Of a stretch of 64,000 bases of DNA, positions 18,394-29,655 are shown in pieces. A program made the position numbers and the translations under genes. Within the stretch, counting starts at the first letter, position 1; each line of letters opens with the position of its first letter. Where the stretch lies: IMG/VR virus record IMGVR_UViG_3300024346_000010; one strand, 5' to 3'. The notes under the pieces were generated by a model. It was not told the DNA's origin, ran no database searches, and was given only the letters and a program-made list of their open reading frames with translations. The stretch is from a virus.

Positions 18394-20226
18394 ATGGCAG
18401 TTAGTATTAAATCAACAGACCTTGATTTTAATAGAATCAAAGAGCAACTAAAAACACACTTTCTTGCCAGTGATGAATTTGCTGACTACGACTTTGAGGC
18501 TTCTGGTCTATCGAATATCCTTGACGTTCTAGCATATAACACTCACTATAATGGTTTGATTGCAAACTTTGCATTAAATGAGTCATTTCTTACTACAGCC
18601 CAACTGAGAAGTTCCGTTCTTGCTATTTCAGAATCACTGGGTTATATTCCTAGGTCGAAAACTGCAGCATATGCAACGGTAGGTTTATCAGTAAGTATCA
18701 CAAATCCGAGCAGACCAGGAACATTAACATTGCCGGCCGGTTCACAATTTACTTCGACTGTTGAAGATGTATCATATATTTTCCAAACAATCGAAGATCA
18801 TATTGCGGTTGACAATGGATCTGGCTTTTATCAATTTTTAACTTCTAGTGGATCTCCCACGATTTATATCTATGAAGGTACATTTAGAACTAAAACGTTT
18901 ATCGCAGATTCAATATCAACGCCTGTTTATATTATTCCAGACGATACTATCGATACATCAACTGCATCGGTTCAAGTTTATGCGTCTAGAAATGCAGAAC
19001 TTTTTGAAACGTATCTTCCTTTGGCATCCGCCCAGAACGTAACCGCGGATACGCGATATTATACACTAAGAGAAGCCCCGAATGGAAGCTATGAAATCAC
19101 ATTCGGTGACGGTATTACGACAGGTAAAACACCGCAACCAGGTGAAGTTATCCGAGTAACATATCTTTCGACAAGTAATGTTGCAGCAAATGGCGCCAGA
19201 GATTTTATTTCTCAAAGTGAAATAACAGTCGATGACACAGATTATGCTATTGCAGTCACTACACTTTCAAGGGCTGCTGGTGGTTCTGATAAAGAATCAA
19301 TTAAATCTATTAAATCGAACGCACCGATTTCATATGCATCACAAAATAGACTTGTAACTGCAAATGATTATATTGCCCTTATTATAAGAAATTTCGGAAG
19401 TTTTCTTAATGATGTTACTGCATGGGGCGGAGAAGATAATGTTCCAGCAGATTTCGGTAATGTATATGTGTCTTTGAAGTTTATTGAGAATACGACAGAA
19501 GCGGTAAAGCAGGTTGTGAAGGATGGAATCGTATCGAATCTATCAGACAACCTTTCAATTATGTCTATTGATACTAAGTTTTCGGATGCCATAACAACTT
19601 ATATTGAAATAGAAACATTTTTTAACTTTGATCCGTCACTAACAAACGTTACTGCAGGTACAACTGAAGGTACTGTGCAAACGCTTATTAGAGATTATTT
19701 CACGAAAAATCTTAATAAGTTTAATACGACATTTAGACGTTCACAGATTTTAGCAGATGTTGATGACATAAGCGAAGCTATTCTTAACTCTCGAATGAAT
19801 GTTAAAGTTCAGCAAAGAATAACTCCAACTTTGTCACAAAATCTTGCATATTCTCTTCAATATCCTGTTGCACTTGCAGCGCCATTGACAACAACACACA
19901 CTATAACATCAACTCTATTTAACACAAATGGTAAGACATGCACAATCAGAAATAGATTGGGCTCAAACATTCTTGAAGTTGCCACGGCAGAGGGTGAAAT
20001 AGTGGTTACGAATATTGGAACATATAACCCGGTAAGTGGATCGGTTAATATTGTAAGCTTAGCGCCAACATCTATCATCGGGGCAGCGTCATATATTAAA
20101 ATATCTGCAGTTCCCGCTAATCAAAGTACGATAAGACCGTTAAGAAACTATATTCTTACACTTGATACTGAAAAATCATTCGCATCCGCACAAATTGATT
20201 ATCAAGAGATTAGAGTAACGCTGTAA
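18394..20226 (+). CDS. gp6: baseplate wedge protein gp6
   Basis: LDFNRIK, DYDFEASGLSNILDVLAYNTHY, FGDG, QNRLVTANDY, AWGGED. Confidence 0.95.
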   Translation: MAVSIKSTDLDFNRIKEQLKTHFLASDEFADYDFEASGLSNILDVLAYNTHYNGLIANFALNESFLTTAQLRSSVLAISESLGYIPRSKTAAYATVGLSVSITNPSRPGTLTLPAGSQFTSTVEDVSYIFQTIEDHIAVDNGSGFYQFLTSSGSPTIYIYEGTFRTKTFIADSISTPVYIIPDDTIDTSTASVQVYASRNAELFETYLPLASAQNVTADTRYYTLREAPNGSYEITFGDGITTGKTPQPGEVIRVTYLSTSNVAANGARDFISQSEITVDDTDYAIAVTTLSRAAGGSDKESIKSIKSNAPISYASQNRLVTANDYIALIIRNFGSFLNDVTAWGGEDNVPADFGNVYVSLKFIENTTEAVKQVVKDGIVSNLSDNLSIMSIDTKFSDAITTYIEIETFFNFDPSLTNVTAGTTEGTVQTLIRDYFTKNLNKFNTTFRRSQILADVDDISEAILNSRMNVKVQQRITPTLSQNLAYSLQYPVALAAPLTTTHTITSTLFNTNGKTCTIRNRLGSNILEVATAEGEIVVTNIGTYNPVSGSVNIVSLAPTSIIGAASYIKISAVPANQSTIRPLRNYILTLDTEKSFASAQIDYQEIRVTL

Positions 20227-21194
20227 TGTCAAATAGATTTGATTATAACGGAAGACTTCCACTTAATCTTATCATTGATAAGACAAAGGAAGCTTTGCCA
20301 GAACACTTTGCAACTGAGTACCCAGACTTAGTAAAGTTTCTTGATATCTATTATGACTTTATGGAAAAAGATGATGAAGGGTATTCGTACTTCATTCAAG
20401 GATTATATCAAGCAAGGGACTTGAGCACAACACAGCTATCGTCACTTGACAATATTTTTAAAGAGATTGGCAATAACTCACAATCTGCAGACTTCTTTGC
20501 AGATCCAAGATTTATTGCTAAAGTTATTGCATCTTTCTATAAAGCAAAAGGAAGCAAAATCTCAGCTGAAGGATTCTTTAGAGCGTTCTTTGGTGAAGAA
20601 GCTTCTATCGTATATCCAAAAAACAATATGTTTATTGTGAATGATTCTAGATTGGGAACAGATTCTCTTAAATATATACAAGACGATAAGCGATATCAGA
20701 TACATTCTATTCTAATTCAGTCTGGTATTCCTTTAGCCAAATGGAAAGATCTTTTTAAATTGTTTGTCCATCCAGCTGGATGGTATTTGGCTGGCGATGT
20801 TGTTATCGAGGGCATATATAATCTTAGTGCTTCATCGATGCCTATTGCATTACTAGATTCTGCAGCTGGCACAGCAATCTTTGAAGAAACCGCATTCGCA
20901 ACACTTACACAAAATCAGTCAATTACTGGTATTATTATTGATGATAATGATAGCGATTCTCTTGCAGAAAGAGTGTCACTCATACGTCAAATTCAACTAT
21001 TCAATACTCTTACTATAGCAGGAATTGCAGATCAATACAACTCAATTATTGAATTTGCTGACGAAAACTCACCTACATTCGATGAGGATTCTGATGGAAT
21101 CATTCGCGCAGTCGATTTCTCTAATACAATAGAAACAATGGATATGAATAAATTTGATTACGGTAATCCGCTACAATATCAAGATTCCGCGTAA
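20226..21194 (+). CDS. gp7: baseplate wedge protein gp7-like
   Basis: FYKAKGS..FFRAFF, FVHPAGW; position between gp6 and gp8. Confidence 0.7.
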   Translation: MSNRFDYNGRLPLNLIIDKTKEALPEHFATEYPDLVKFLDIYYDFMEKDDEGYSYFIQGLYQARDLSTTQLSSLDNIFKEIGNNSQSADFFADPRFIAKVIASFYKAKGSKISAEGFFRAFFGEEASIVYPKNNMFIVNDSRLGTDSLKYIQDDKRYQIHSILIQSGIPLAKWKDLFKLFVHPAGWYLAGDVVIEGIYNLSASSMPIALLDSAAGTAIFEETAFATLTQNQSITGIIIDDNDSDSLAERVSLIRQIQLFNTLTIAGIADQYNSIIEFADENSPTFDEDSDGIIRAVDFSNTIETMDMNKFDYGNPLQYQDSA

Positions 21195-21201
21195 TATTTG
21201 T

Positions 21202-21209
21202 TATAAATA
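21202..21209 (+). promoter_or_regulatory. T4 late promoter
   Basis: TATAAATA upstream of ATG 21234. Confidence 0.75.
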
Positions 21210-21233
21210 GAATCAACACAACAGGAATTAATT

Positions 21234-21428
21234 ATGGCACAACAATCTATTTCACTTGGAACATCGGCTAATGACGGCACTGGAGATACGCTCAGAGACG
21301 CTGGCCAGAAAATCAATGAAAACTTTACAGAGCTCTATGGTGACTATATCAGCATAAGCTCATTACAATCAATCGCAGCGGCAAGTGCAGACTTTGACGC
21401 ATTTAAGACAGCAATCGCAGCACTATAA
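21234..21428 (+). CDS. mini protein consisting of the gp9/gp10 N-terminal baseplate-anchor motif
   Basis: MAQQSISLGTSANDGTGDTLRDAGQKINENFTELY; RBS AGGA. Confidence 0.75.
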   Translation: MAQQSISLGTSANDGTGDTLRDAGQKINENFTELYGDYISISSLQSIAAASADFDAFKTAIAAL

Positions 21429-21440
21429 GTAGGACCTAAA

Positions 21441-22784
21441 ATGTCAGCCATCATCACAGATTATTTTAAAAGAGAATTGGTCCAAAACATTTTTGAAGAT
21501 GTTGCCGATTCGGCACAAAACTATTATATCGGTATCGGTAGATCACAGGATTGGGATTCTTCGGATACCCCAACAGTGCCAATCAATTCTCTTAGGGAAG
21601 AACTTCAGTTTAGATTGAATATGCAATCTGTTAAAAGAACCGCTGACGTATCATTTGTTGTTCCTCGCAAAAACTGGTCTTCTGGTTCGATATATTCTGG
21701 GTATAATACTAACCAGGTTGGACAGCCTACGAATTCACATTATGTTATTACTGATAACAACTCTGTTTATATCTGTCTTGAACAAGGTAAAAGTGCAAGC
21801 GGCGCGGGTGTTGCATCTACAGTTAAACCGACTAGTTCTGCATCAACCCCATTTAAAACGGCGGATGGATATGTGTGGAAGTTCCTATACACACTTGCTG
21901 CGGTTGATGCAAACAAATATTTGTCTGCAAACTATATGCCAGTAAAACTACAGGATGCTACAGATTCGGCATCGTCAGCTACAGCTATTGAACAATATTC
22001 TATCCAACAAGCTGCAGTTGATGGTCAAGTTGCTGGTATCACTCTTACTTCTGGCGGATCTGGTTATACTTCTGCACCGACGGTAACAATTATTGGTGAT
22101 GGCGATAGCGCGGAAGCAGTAGCAACGATTCTTGGCGGATCGGTCGTTAAAGTTGAGATGAGGGATTCTGCATCAACAATCTTTAACGGAAGCGGATATA
22201 ATTATGCTAATGTTGTTTTTTCTGGAGGAGCTGGAATAGGTGCAGCGGCAAGAGCAAATCTCTCATATCTAGGTGGATTTGGTTCAGATCCTAGAATTGA
22301 TTTAAAATCAACTGCACTTATGTTTAACGCAAAGCCTTCGGGTGCTGAAAACGAAGATTTCATTATCGGTCAAGATTTTAGACAAGTTGCACTGATGAGA
22401 AATATTAAAAATGCGGCAACAGATTCTGATTATTCTTCAGAGACCGGATCAGCACTTGATTATATGACACTTTCATCTATATCAACTGCGTTCTCTCCAG
22501 ATAGGACAATTCTTGGTGGAACATCTGGAGCAAAGGCGTATGTAGATAGATTCGACTCAGACAAAATCTATTATCATCAAACAGAAGCAACCGGGTTTAT
22601 ACCATTTCAATCATCAGAATCTGTTACCGAAACAGATGGTGCTGGTAGCGGTGTTATCGGAACACCACTCACAGTAGGTGATATAAATAAGTTCAAAGGT
22701 GAGGTATTCTACATTGATAACCGCGCTGCCATCGAAAGGTCGGCTGCTCAGACAGAAGACCTTAAGATTATCATCCAATTATAA
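21441..22784 (+). CDS. gp8: baseplate wedge protein gp8
   Basis: YIGIGR, VVPRKNW, VYICL, DGYVWKFLY, FRQVALMRN, YIDNR..EDLKIIIQL. Confidence 0.9.
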   Translation: MSAIITDYFKRELVQNIFEDVADSAQNYYIGIGRSQDWDSSDTPTVPINSLREELQFRLNMQSVKRTADVSFVVPRKNWSSGSIYSGYNTNQVGQPTNSHYVITDNNSVYICLEQGKSASGAGVASTVKPTSSASTPFKTADGYVWKFLYTLAAVDANKYLSANYMPVKLQDATDSASSATAIEQYSIQQAAVDGQVAGITLTSGGSGYTSAPTVTIIGDGDSAEAVATILGGSVVKVEMRDSASTIFNGSGYNYANVVFSGGAGIGAAARANLSYLGGFGSDPRIDLKSTALMFNAKPSGAENEDFIIGQDFRQVALMRNIKNAATDSDYSSETGSALDYMTLSSISTAFSPDRTILGGTSGAKAYVDRFDSDKIYYHQTEATGFIPFQSSESVTETDGAGSGVIGTPLTVGDINKFKGEVFYIDNRAAIERSAAQTEDLKIIIQL

Positions 22785-22798
22785 GACAGGTTTAACAT

Positions 22799-25700
22799 AT
22801 GGTCGACCAATTAATCAAGAATACATTTAAAAACACATATAGAGATGATTACAGCGACAGCGCTGGTTTTCATCGTGTTCTCTTTAATAACGGCCGTGCA
22901 GTTCAAGCGCGTGAGTTAACACAGCTACAAACTATTATTCAATCTGAGATTACTCGCTTTGGCAATAACATCTTCAAAGAAGGTGCTGCAGTAAATCCAG
23001 GTGGTATTAGTGTTAATCAGATTGAATTTGTTAAACTTAATACAGCATCAAATACATTACCATCAAATACTTCGACTATCATTGGGACTGAGTTCACAGG
23101 TGCGACGTCTGGAATTAAAGCAACGATCGTTGATGTTAAAGTTGCTGCTGGTGCAGATCCAGCAACAATATACGTGAAGTATAACGACGGGCTTTCTAGC
23201 GGCGCTTCAATCAAGTTTTCTCCTGCTGAAGATATTGCAAACGGTTCTGTTACACTTACGGTACAAACCACAAATACAACGTTGAATCCAGCTACTGGTC
23301 GTGGTCTTTCAGGCAACGTTGCAGGTGGGGATTTCTACGCAACAGGACGTTTTGTATACGCACCAAAACAAACATCGATCATTTCAAAATACACAACCCT
23401 GTTAACTGATGATCTTGGTTTTAAGATTGTTGAAGATATTGTTACTGCAAATGATGATGTAACTCTTTATGATAACTCTGGTGCGCTTCCAAACACTTCT
23501 TCGCCTGGCGCTGACAGATACAGAATTCGTCTTACTCTTGATATTAGAAGTAATGTTGATTCGGATGAAAACTTTGTTTACATTGCCAAAATCAGAAATG
23601 GTATTATCGTATCTGATGTTAAAGCAGAATCAGAAGATAATTATAATAAACTTACAGACGTTTTAGCTCTTAGAACAAAAGAAGAGTCAGGCAACTATAT
23701 TGTTAAACCATACACATTATCTTTTGACGACGATTCTGATGCAACTAAACTTGATATTCACGTTTCTCCAGGCACTGTATACGTTAACGGATATAGAGCA
23801 AATAAAGACTTTAACACGAATATCGTCGTAACAAAACCTAGAACAACCCAGACGGTAAACAATGAAGTTGCAGCATTTAGCATTGGCAACTATATCGTCA
23901 TTGATGGGAATAAAGGCCTACCAAATGTAAACGAATTCGAACTTATGAATTTACGTTCAGCTACAGCTCATGGTGGATCTACTATTGGTACAGCAAGAGT
24001 TCGTGCGATTGAAGAGAATGGTAACGGCAACTATCGTCTTTACATTTTCCAATTATCAATGAACTCTGGACAAAACTTCAGAGACGTAAGAAGCATTGGT
24101 ACTTCAACTTCCAACTATTCAAATTTGGTTCTTGAAAACTCTCAGGCAGTTCTTAAAGATGCAAGTAATAGCTCGCTTCTAGTAAGTCTTCCAACATCTA
24201 GACCTTCAGTATTATCCGATATTTCACTTGCAACTCAACGTAGATTTACAACATCAACGAACGGTTCAGGGCAAGCGACACTTACACTTTCAGCCTCAGG
24301 TGAAACATTTGCGAATACAAACGATTGGGTTCTTGCACTAGCAGACAGTGATATTATTTCTGGCGCAACAATTACTGGAGCTGGTACTACAACAGCTTCC
24401 CTCTCAGGACTTCCAGCATCTGAAGCAAATCTTGAAGTTATTACTTATGTTAATAAAGCAGCTGCAACAGTTAGATCAAAAAGCCTTGAAACAGGTGCTG
24501 ATACAATTGCATCATTCGATTCTGATGGCAATGGACTTATCTATGCAAATCTATCAAAAGCTGATATCTATTCCTTTGACGGAATTACATTGTCGGATTC
24601 TTCTGGCAGATCACTTGTAAGTAAGTTTACTATTGATAACGGCCAAAGAGACAACTTCTATGATCTAGGTCGTATTATTTTGAAACCTGGACAATCGCTT
24701 CCAACAGATAACGTTGTTGTTCAATATCAATATTTTGATCACGGTGTTTCAGGCGACTTCTTTGCCGTTAACTCATATACAGGCGAAGTTGACTATGAAG
24801 ATATTCCTTCACACACCCTAGCAGGTGGGACAACTGTTTCTCTTAGAGATGTTCTTGATTTCAGATCAGTTGTTAACTCCTCACAAACATTTGGAGCAGG
24901 AGCAGTTCTTCACGAACTTCCACAAACGAACGATACCATCCAAGCTGACGTTACATACTATCTTGGAACAAGAAATAAAGTTGTTATTACAAATAATAAT
25001 GAAATCAAGTTTATTTCAGGTAAGTCTGCTATTTCACCAAAATATCCAGAAACCCCTGAAAACTCGCTTGAGCTTTATAGAGTTACATTAAACCCATATG
25101 TTCTCTCTCCTTCTGATTTGACCGTTGAAAAGATTGACCATAGACATTATACTATGTCAGATATCGGTCGTCTTGAGGATCGTATTGATAAGCTTGAAGA
25201 ATTAACTTCTCTTAGCTTACTCGAACTCGATACAAGCGCATTGAGTGTATTGGATTCGGCTGGTCTTGACAGAACAAAATCCGGTTTCTTTGTAGATAAC
25301 TTTGCTGATCACACATTCACTGATGTTGCATCATCAGAACACAGAGCTGCTCTTGATCCGGTTAACAAAGCATTAAGACCGACTTCAAGTGAAGATGCTA
25401 TTACTCTTCAATACGACTCCGCGGCCTCAACAAATACGATTCTTAAAGGTGACAACGTATATCTAAACTATACACATAGAACGATATATGACCAATCTTC
25501 CGTAACAGGTACGGAAAACGTAAATCCATTTATTTTAATGGATTGGCTAGGTAACATTACAATGTCACCGTCAAGTGATAGTTGGATCGAAACCCAGTGG
25601 ACCGCAGATAGAATTATTAATGGTGGCACAAGACTTGATACAAGCAGAGCCAACCTTTGGAACTCAGCTTCGTTTAACTGGGGTGGAATTCCTCTTGATC

Positions 25701-27931
25701 AACTTCAAGTTGGTTCCACATCAAGTTCCATTACTTTAGCTTCAAGTACTGTTGCTGGTGGAAATACTTCTTCAACCATACAAAGTGGAAATATTCGAAC
25801 CACGACGATTTTTGCAAATTCTACAACTACTACTACAACCGGATCAAATAGAGTAGTTTCTTCCGAAACCGTGCGTGAAGTTGTTGGGGATAGAGTTATT
25901 GATGTTCTTGTTATTCCATTCATGCGCTCAAGAAAAGTGTATTTTAAAGGCGAAGGATTCAGACCTAATACAAGATTGTTCCCATTCTTTGACGATGTTT
26001 CAGTTGATGATTGGGTAAAATCAGAATCATTTGTAAATATGGCATCTGATCCAGTTGACTTTGGTAATAGTCTAAACGGAACCGTTGGACATCCAGACGG
26101 CGCATCAAATCTTGTTACTGACGGATCTGGAAGAATTGAAGGTTCATTCTTCATTCCATCGACAGCAGGTTTAAGATTTAGAACAGGCACAAGACCGTTT
26201 ACATTATCTGATGTTACATCTGGATTAAGAGCGAACGGAACTTCATTCGGTAAAACGACATTTACTTCAAGAGGTACTATTGAAGTTAGACAAAGAGATA
26301 TTCTTTCAACACGCGTTCTTACAGTTCAAAGTTTTACTAATACGACAACATCAGCCGATCGTCGCATTATTTCTACAGACACAATTGATGTACAGGATCG
26401 TGGAGATCCATTAGCACAGTCTTTCTTTGTTGCAGAACCAACAGGATATTTTGCGACAAAGTTTGATTTCTACTTTAAAACAAAAGCTGCATCAGAAGCA
26501 AATCCAGTATGGATCCAACTTCGCACTATGGAAAATGGCATTCCGACTGGTAATATCCTACCTGGATCAACTAAGTTTGTTTATCCTTCAGAAATTACAG
26601 TTTCTGATGATGCATCGGTTGCGACAACCTTTGAATTTGATGAGCCCGTTTACCTGGAGCCTTACAAAGAATATGCTGTTGTTATGCTTGCAAACACTAC
26701 AGATTACTTAGTGTATATTTCTAGAGTTGGCGACTTTATTCTAGGAACAACCGATGCTAAAGTAACTAGACAGCCATTCTTAGGGTCACTCTTTAAATCA
26801 CAAAACGCATCTACTTGGACTCCATCACAATGGGAAGACCTAACATTTAAAATGTATGGTGCACAGTTTACCGCAACAACAGGTATTGCAAAACTCAACA
26901 ACGTAGCAGTTCCTTCCGAACTACTTCCAGCCGATCCATTTAGTGTCGATTCTGCAGATGCAACAATCACCGTTAATCAAGGATCTCACGGTCTTACGGT
27001 TGGTGATGATGTTGTAATTTCAGGAGCAACTACATTCGGTGGCATTTCTGCAGGAAGTATTAACGGCATTAGAACAATTACGGCTCTTGATGCAAATGGC
27101 TACACATTTGAAGCTGACTCAGCATCAACATCCGCTGATATTGGTGGGGGAAGTGCAGTTCTAGCAAATAAAAACATTCCGATGGATGTTATGATTCCAA
27201 ATATCACGACTCTCTTATTAGATAATACTAATATTTCTGCAACAGGTGAGTTTACAACGGGTCAATCTCTTGCTGGGATAGAAACCGCTTATCAGAAAGA
27301 AAGCGCTGTTGATATTCCGATCAATAGAGAGATTGTATTCTCAACACCAAAGTTGATTGCTAATGCGTCAAATGAAACAAACAATATGGCAGGCGCAAAG
27401 AGCTTAACGCTTAATATTACAATGTCAACGAATAATGACTTTATCTCTCCTGTAATTGATATGCAACGTGCAACTGCTATTGCTATCTCAAACAGAATTG
27501 ACAAGCAATCTGCATCACCTGCTAGTGGATTTAACGTTCCACTTAACTATGTTGCGGAGACAACTGCAACAGGTGGCACACACGCTTCTAAGCATATTAC
27601 AAAAGCTATTACACTCGCCGATGATGCTGTTGGTTTGAAAGTTCTAGTATCAGCAAACAGACCATCGGTTGCAAGCTTTGATGTTTATTACAGAGTGTCA
27701 AACGGCACAACGCTGCTTACGGATACCGACTGGGCGCTAGCTTCAATTGAAAATAATATGCCTTCAGATGAAAATCCAGAAGTATTTAGATCATACGAAT
27801 ACCTTATCGGCGGGCAAGGCGGATCACTTCCAGCATTTAATCAGTTCCAAATCAAGGTTGTGTTTAAGTCAACGAATAGTAGTAAAGTTCCAATTATTCG
27901 TGACCTAAGAGCGATTGCGCTTGGTGTATAA
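22799..27931 (+). CDS. large virion structural protein (VrlC/DUF4815-like)
   Basis: 1710 aa; YRDDY..FHRVLF..GRAVQARELTQLQ, PGADRY, RTKEESGNY, GFFVDNF, DPLAQSF, DLRAIAL. Confidence 0.85.
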   Translation: MVDQLIKNTFKNTYRDDYSDSAGFHRVLFNNGRAVQARELTQLQTIIQSEITRFGNNIFKEGAAVNPGGISVNQIEFVKLNTASNTLPSNTSTIIGTEFTGATSGIKATIVDVKVAAGADPATIYVKYNDGLSSGASIKFSPAEDIANGSVTLTVQTTNTTLNPATGRGLSGNVAGGDFYATGRFVYAPKQTSIISKYTTLLTDDLGFKIVEDIVTANDDVTLYDNSGALPNTSSPGADRYRIRLTLDIRSNVDSDENFVYIAKIRNGIIVSDVKAESEDNYNKLTDVLALRTKEESGNYIVKPYTLSFDDDSDATKLDIHVSPGTVYVNGYRANKDFNTNIVVTKPRTTQTVNNEVAAFSIGNYIVIDGNKGLPNVNEFELMNLRSATAHGGSTIGTARVRAIEENGNGNYRLYIFQLSMNSGQNFRDVRSIGTSTSNYSNLVLENSQAVLKDASNSSLLVSLPTSRPSVLSDISLATQRRFTTSTNGSGQATLTLSASGETFANTNDWVLALADSDIISGATITGAGTTTASLSGLPASEANLEVITYVNKAAATVRSKSLETGADTIASFDSDGNGLIYANLSKADIYSFDGITLSDSSGRSLVSKFTIDNGQRDNFYDLGRIILKPGQSLPTDNVVVQYQYFDHGVSGDFFAVNSYTGEVDYEDIPSHTLAGGTTVSLRDVLDFRSVVNSSQTFGAGAVLHELPQTNDTIQADVTYYLGTRNKVVITNNNEIKFISGKSAISPKYPETPENSLELYRVTLNPYVLSPSDLTVEKIDHRHYTMSDIGRLEDRIDKLEELTSLSLLELDTSALSVLDSAGLDRTKSGFFVDNFADHTFTDVASSEHRAALDPVNKALRPTSSEDAITLQYDSAASTNTILKGDNVYLNYTHRTIYDQSSVTGTENVNPFILMDWLGNITMSPSSDSWIETQWTADRIINGGTRLDTSRANLWNSASFNWGGIPLDQLQVGSTSSSITLASSTVAGGNTSSTIQSGNIRTTTIFANSTTTTTTGSNRVVSSETVREVVGDRVIDVLVIPFMRSRKVYFKGEGFRPNTRLFPFFDDVSVDDWVKSESFVNMASDPVDFGNSLNGTVGHPDGASNLVTDGSGRIEGSFFIPSTAGLRFRTGTRPFTLSDVTSGLRANGTSFGKTTFTSRGTIEVRQRDILSTRVLTVQSFTNTTTSADRRIISTDTIDVQDRGDPLAQSFFVAEPTGYFATKFDFYFKTKAASEANPVWIQLRTMENGIPTGNILPGSTKFVYPSEITVSDDASVATTFEFDEPVYLEPYKEYAVVMLANTTDYLVYISRVGDFILGTTDAKVTRQPFLGSLFKSQNASTWTPSQWEDLTFKMYGAQFTATTGIAKLNNVAVPSELLPADPFSVDSADATITVNQGSHGLTVGDDVVISGATTFGGISAGSINGIRTITALDANGYTFEADSASTSADIGGGSAVLANKNIPMDVMIPNITTLLLDNTNISATGEFTTGQSLAGIETAYQKESAVDIPINREIVFSTPKLIANASNETNNMAGAKSLTLNITMSTNNDFISPVIDMQRATAIAISNRIDKQSASPASGFNVPLNYVAETTATGGTHASKHITKAITLADDAVGLKVLVSANRPSVASFDVYYRVSNGTTLLTDTDWALASIENNMPSDENPEVFRSYEYLIGGQGGSLPAFNQFQIKVVFKSTNSSKVPIIRDLRAIALGV

Positions 27932-28134
27932 TGAGATTAGTTAAAGCAGATAACGGCCCCGGTATGGCAAGAGATTTAAATACTGGGGCTATAATCAATA
28001 TAAATAGAAGTGAACTTGAACAAGCCCGTGAAGCAAAGCGACTGAGAAAAGCTAAAGATCAAGAGTTTGCGCAAATGAAAAATGATATTGATGATATCAA
28101 AAAAATGTTAACTCAGATTGTAGAGAAACTATAA
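27931..28134 (+). CDS. small conserved virion-associated protein
   Basis: RDLNTGAIIN plus C-terminal coiled coil; typical follower of the VrlC-like gene. Confidence 0.7.
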   Translation: MRLVKADNGPGMARDLNTGAIININRSELEQAREAKRLRKAKDQEFAQMKNDIDDIKKMLTQIVEKL

Positions 28135-28700
28135 TGGCAAAAGTAATTGTAAATTTATCAGACACTATGGACAGTTTTGTCACTAAGACAAATTTAATTT
28201 CTACATATGTTGGTGATCTAACGACTCTGAACACAACTCAAGACTCCGATCTTGTCGGGGCAATCAATGAGGTATATGCGCTAGTTGATAATGACCTAGA
28301 TTTTAGAAGTAAGATTAGCGTAACTGATGCGGGTGGAGATGGATCGTTATCCTATAGTTCTGCTACTGGTGTTATTACATATACTGGTCCAAGTGCTGCG
28401 GAAGTAAGAGCGCATATTAGCGTAACAGATGCTGGTGGAGATGGATCACTAAGCTATAACTCAACTTCAGGTGTTATTACATATACTGGACCAAGTGCAG
28501 CTGAAGTAAGAGCACACTTATCTGCAGGGACTGGAATTACATTTTCAAGTGGTGTTATAAGTGTAACTCCAGGAAGCATAAATACAACTGAATTAACCGA
28601 TGATGCCGTATCAAGAGCGAAATTAAAAGACGAAGTAGGTCTAGTGATATACGATAATAGCGGCGTCGCATTAAAAACCCTATACGGAGCAGGAAGTTAA
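28134..28700 (+). CDS. short fibre/whisker-like structural protein
   Basis: DLVGAINE motif, 34-aa tandem repeat, C-terminus LKTLYGAGS. Confidence 0.65.
   Translation: MAKVIVNLSDTMDSFVTKTNLISTYVGDLTTLNTTQDSDLVGAINEVYALVDNDLDFRSKISVTDAGGDGSLSYSSATGVITYTGPSAAEVRAHISVTDAGGDGSLSYNSTSGVITYTGPSAAEVRAHLSAGTGITFSSGVISVTPGSINTTELTDDAVSRAKLKDEVGLVIYDNSGVALKTLYGAGS
28314..28517 (+). repeat. intragenic tandem duplication, 2 x 102 bp
   Basis: ISVTDAGGDGSLSY(S/N)S(A/T)(T/S)GVITYTGPSAAEVRAH twice; units start at 28314 and 28416. Confidence 0.9.
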
Positions 28701-28701
28701 A

Positions 28702-29631
28702 ATGGCAATTAGAACACCTTTAAAATTGGATGGAAGTAATCTTAGGGAGATGACTTCCGGCGAAATCGAGGCAATTCAAACAGAAGCCATTCGCCAATAT
28801 GGCTTAAATCCATATGTTTACTTGTCAGTCGTTGCAAGTGGCGGTAATCTTGGAACTATTAATGATACTAGATTGATTGCAGGCGAGGGAACAACAGATG
28901 TAACAGACTACGATACAGAGGCAGAAACGCCGAACGTTTCTACTACAACTGTAGGATATGCTAGGATTACTCAATCAATTGACACAAGCTTAACTAACTG
29001 GACAAATGCGACACTTTCATATCCGTTATATTATGATGGTGGTGACCTAAGAGAAATGACCGCTGCTGACTTCGGGGATACTTTTATTCTTCCAGCTATC
29101 GATACATTAACTTCCGGCTACACTACTTCTGCACAAGCTGGAACATACCATATTTCAACAAGCTCTTCTGTTGCTGGGTCAACATTGGTTTCCAGCACTC
29201 CAGTATTTGTGGATACAAGAGCAAATGCCGGTGCTTATACTGCATCTGGTATTCCAGAAACTCAAGATCAACCAACGACTATTACGAATTACTATTTGCA
29301 TAGAATCAATTCTGCATCTGAAGGTTCTTATCAACTTCCAGTATGTTATACAAAGTCTGGAACAAATCTTCAACAAGCCTCTGCAGACGTACTACGAAAC
29401 GCACTTAGCACAATGATTAACTACTATGCGGCAGAAGTGACCGGGACTAGAATCAGATACAGGATTAACGGAACTGGTACTAACCGAGGTTCTGCTATGA
29501 CTGATACGAAGCTAAATAGCTCTACGTACCTACAGCGCTTTGTAGATACCGACGACTATAGAACACAAGAAGTTCCGAGTGGCACAGCAACAACAATCTC
29601 AACAAACTACTTAAGAATTTACCAAGTTTAA
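28702..29631 (+). CDS. virion structural protein (Thr/Ser-rich, internally repeated)
   Basis: Repeated LREMT, DTR/DTK and TITNYYL/ISTNYL motifs; within the structural operon. Confidence 0.6.
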   Translation: MAIRTPLKLDGSNLREMTSGEIEAIQTEAIRQYGLNPYVYLSVVASGGNLGTINDTRLIAGEGTTDVTDYDTEAETPNVSTTTVGYARITQSIDTSLTNWTNATLSYPLYYDGGDLREMTAADFGDTFILPAIDTLTSGYTTSAQAGTYHISTSSSVAGSTLVSSTPVFVDTRANAGAYTASGIPETQDQPTTITNYYLHRINSASEGSYQLPVCYTKSGTNLQQASADVLRNALSTMINYYAAEVTGTRIRYRINGTGTNRGSAMTDTKLNSSTYLQRFVDTDDYRTQEVPSGTATTISTNYLRIYQV

Positions 29632-29655
29632 TATAATAAAAGAAAGTGAATTATT

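Noticed and set aside
27999-28006. Intragenic TATAAATA matches (also 18338, 22682, 48029)
   Set aside because: Could be real internal late promoters, but the octamer occurs by chance in AT-rich DNA; not listed as features
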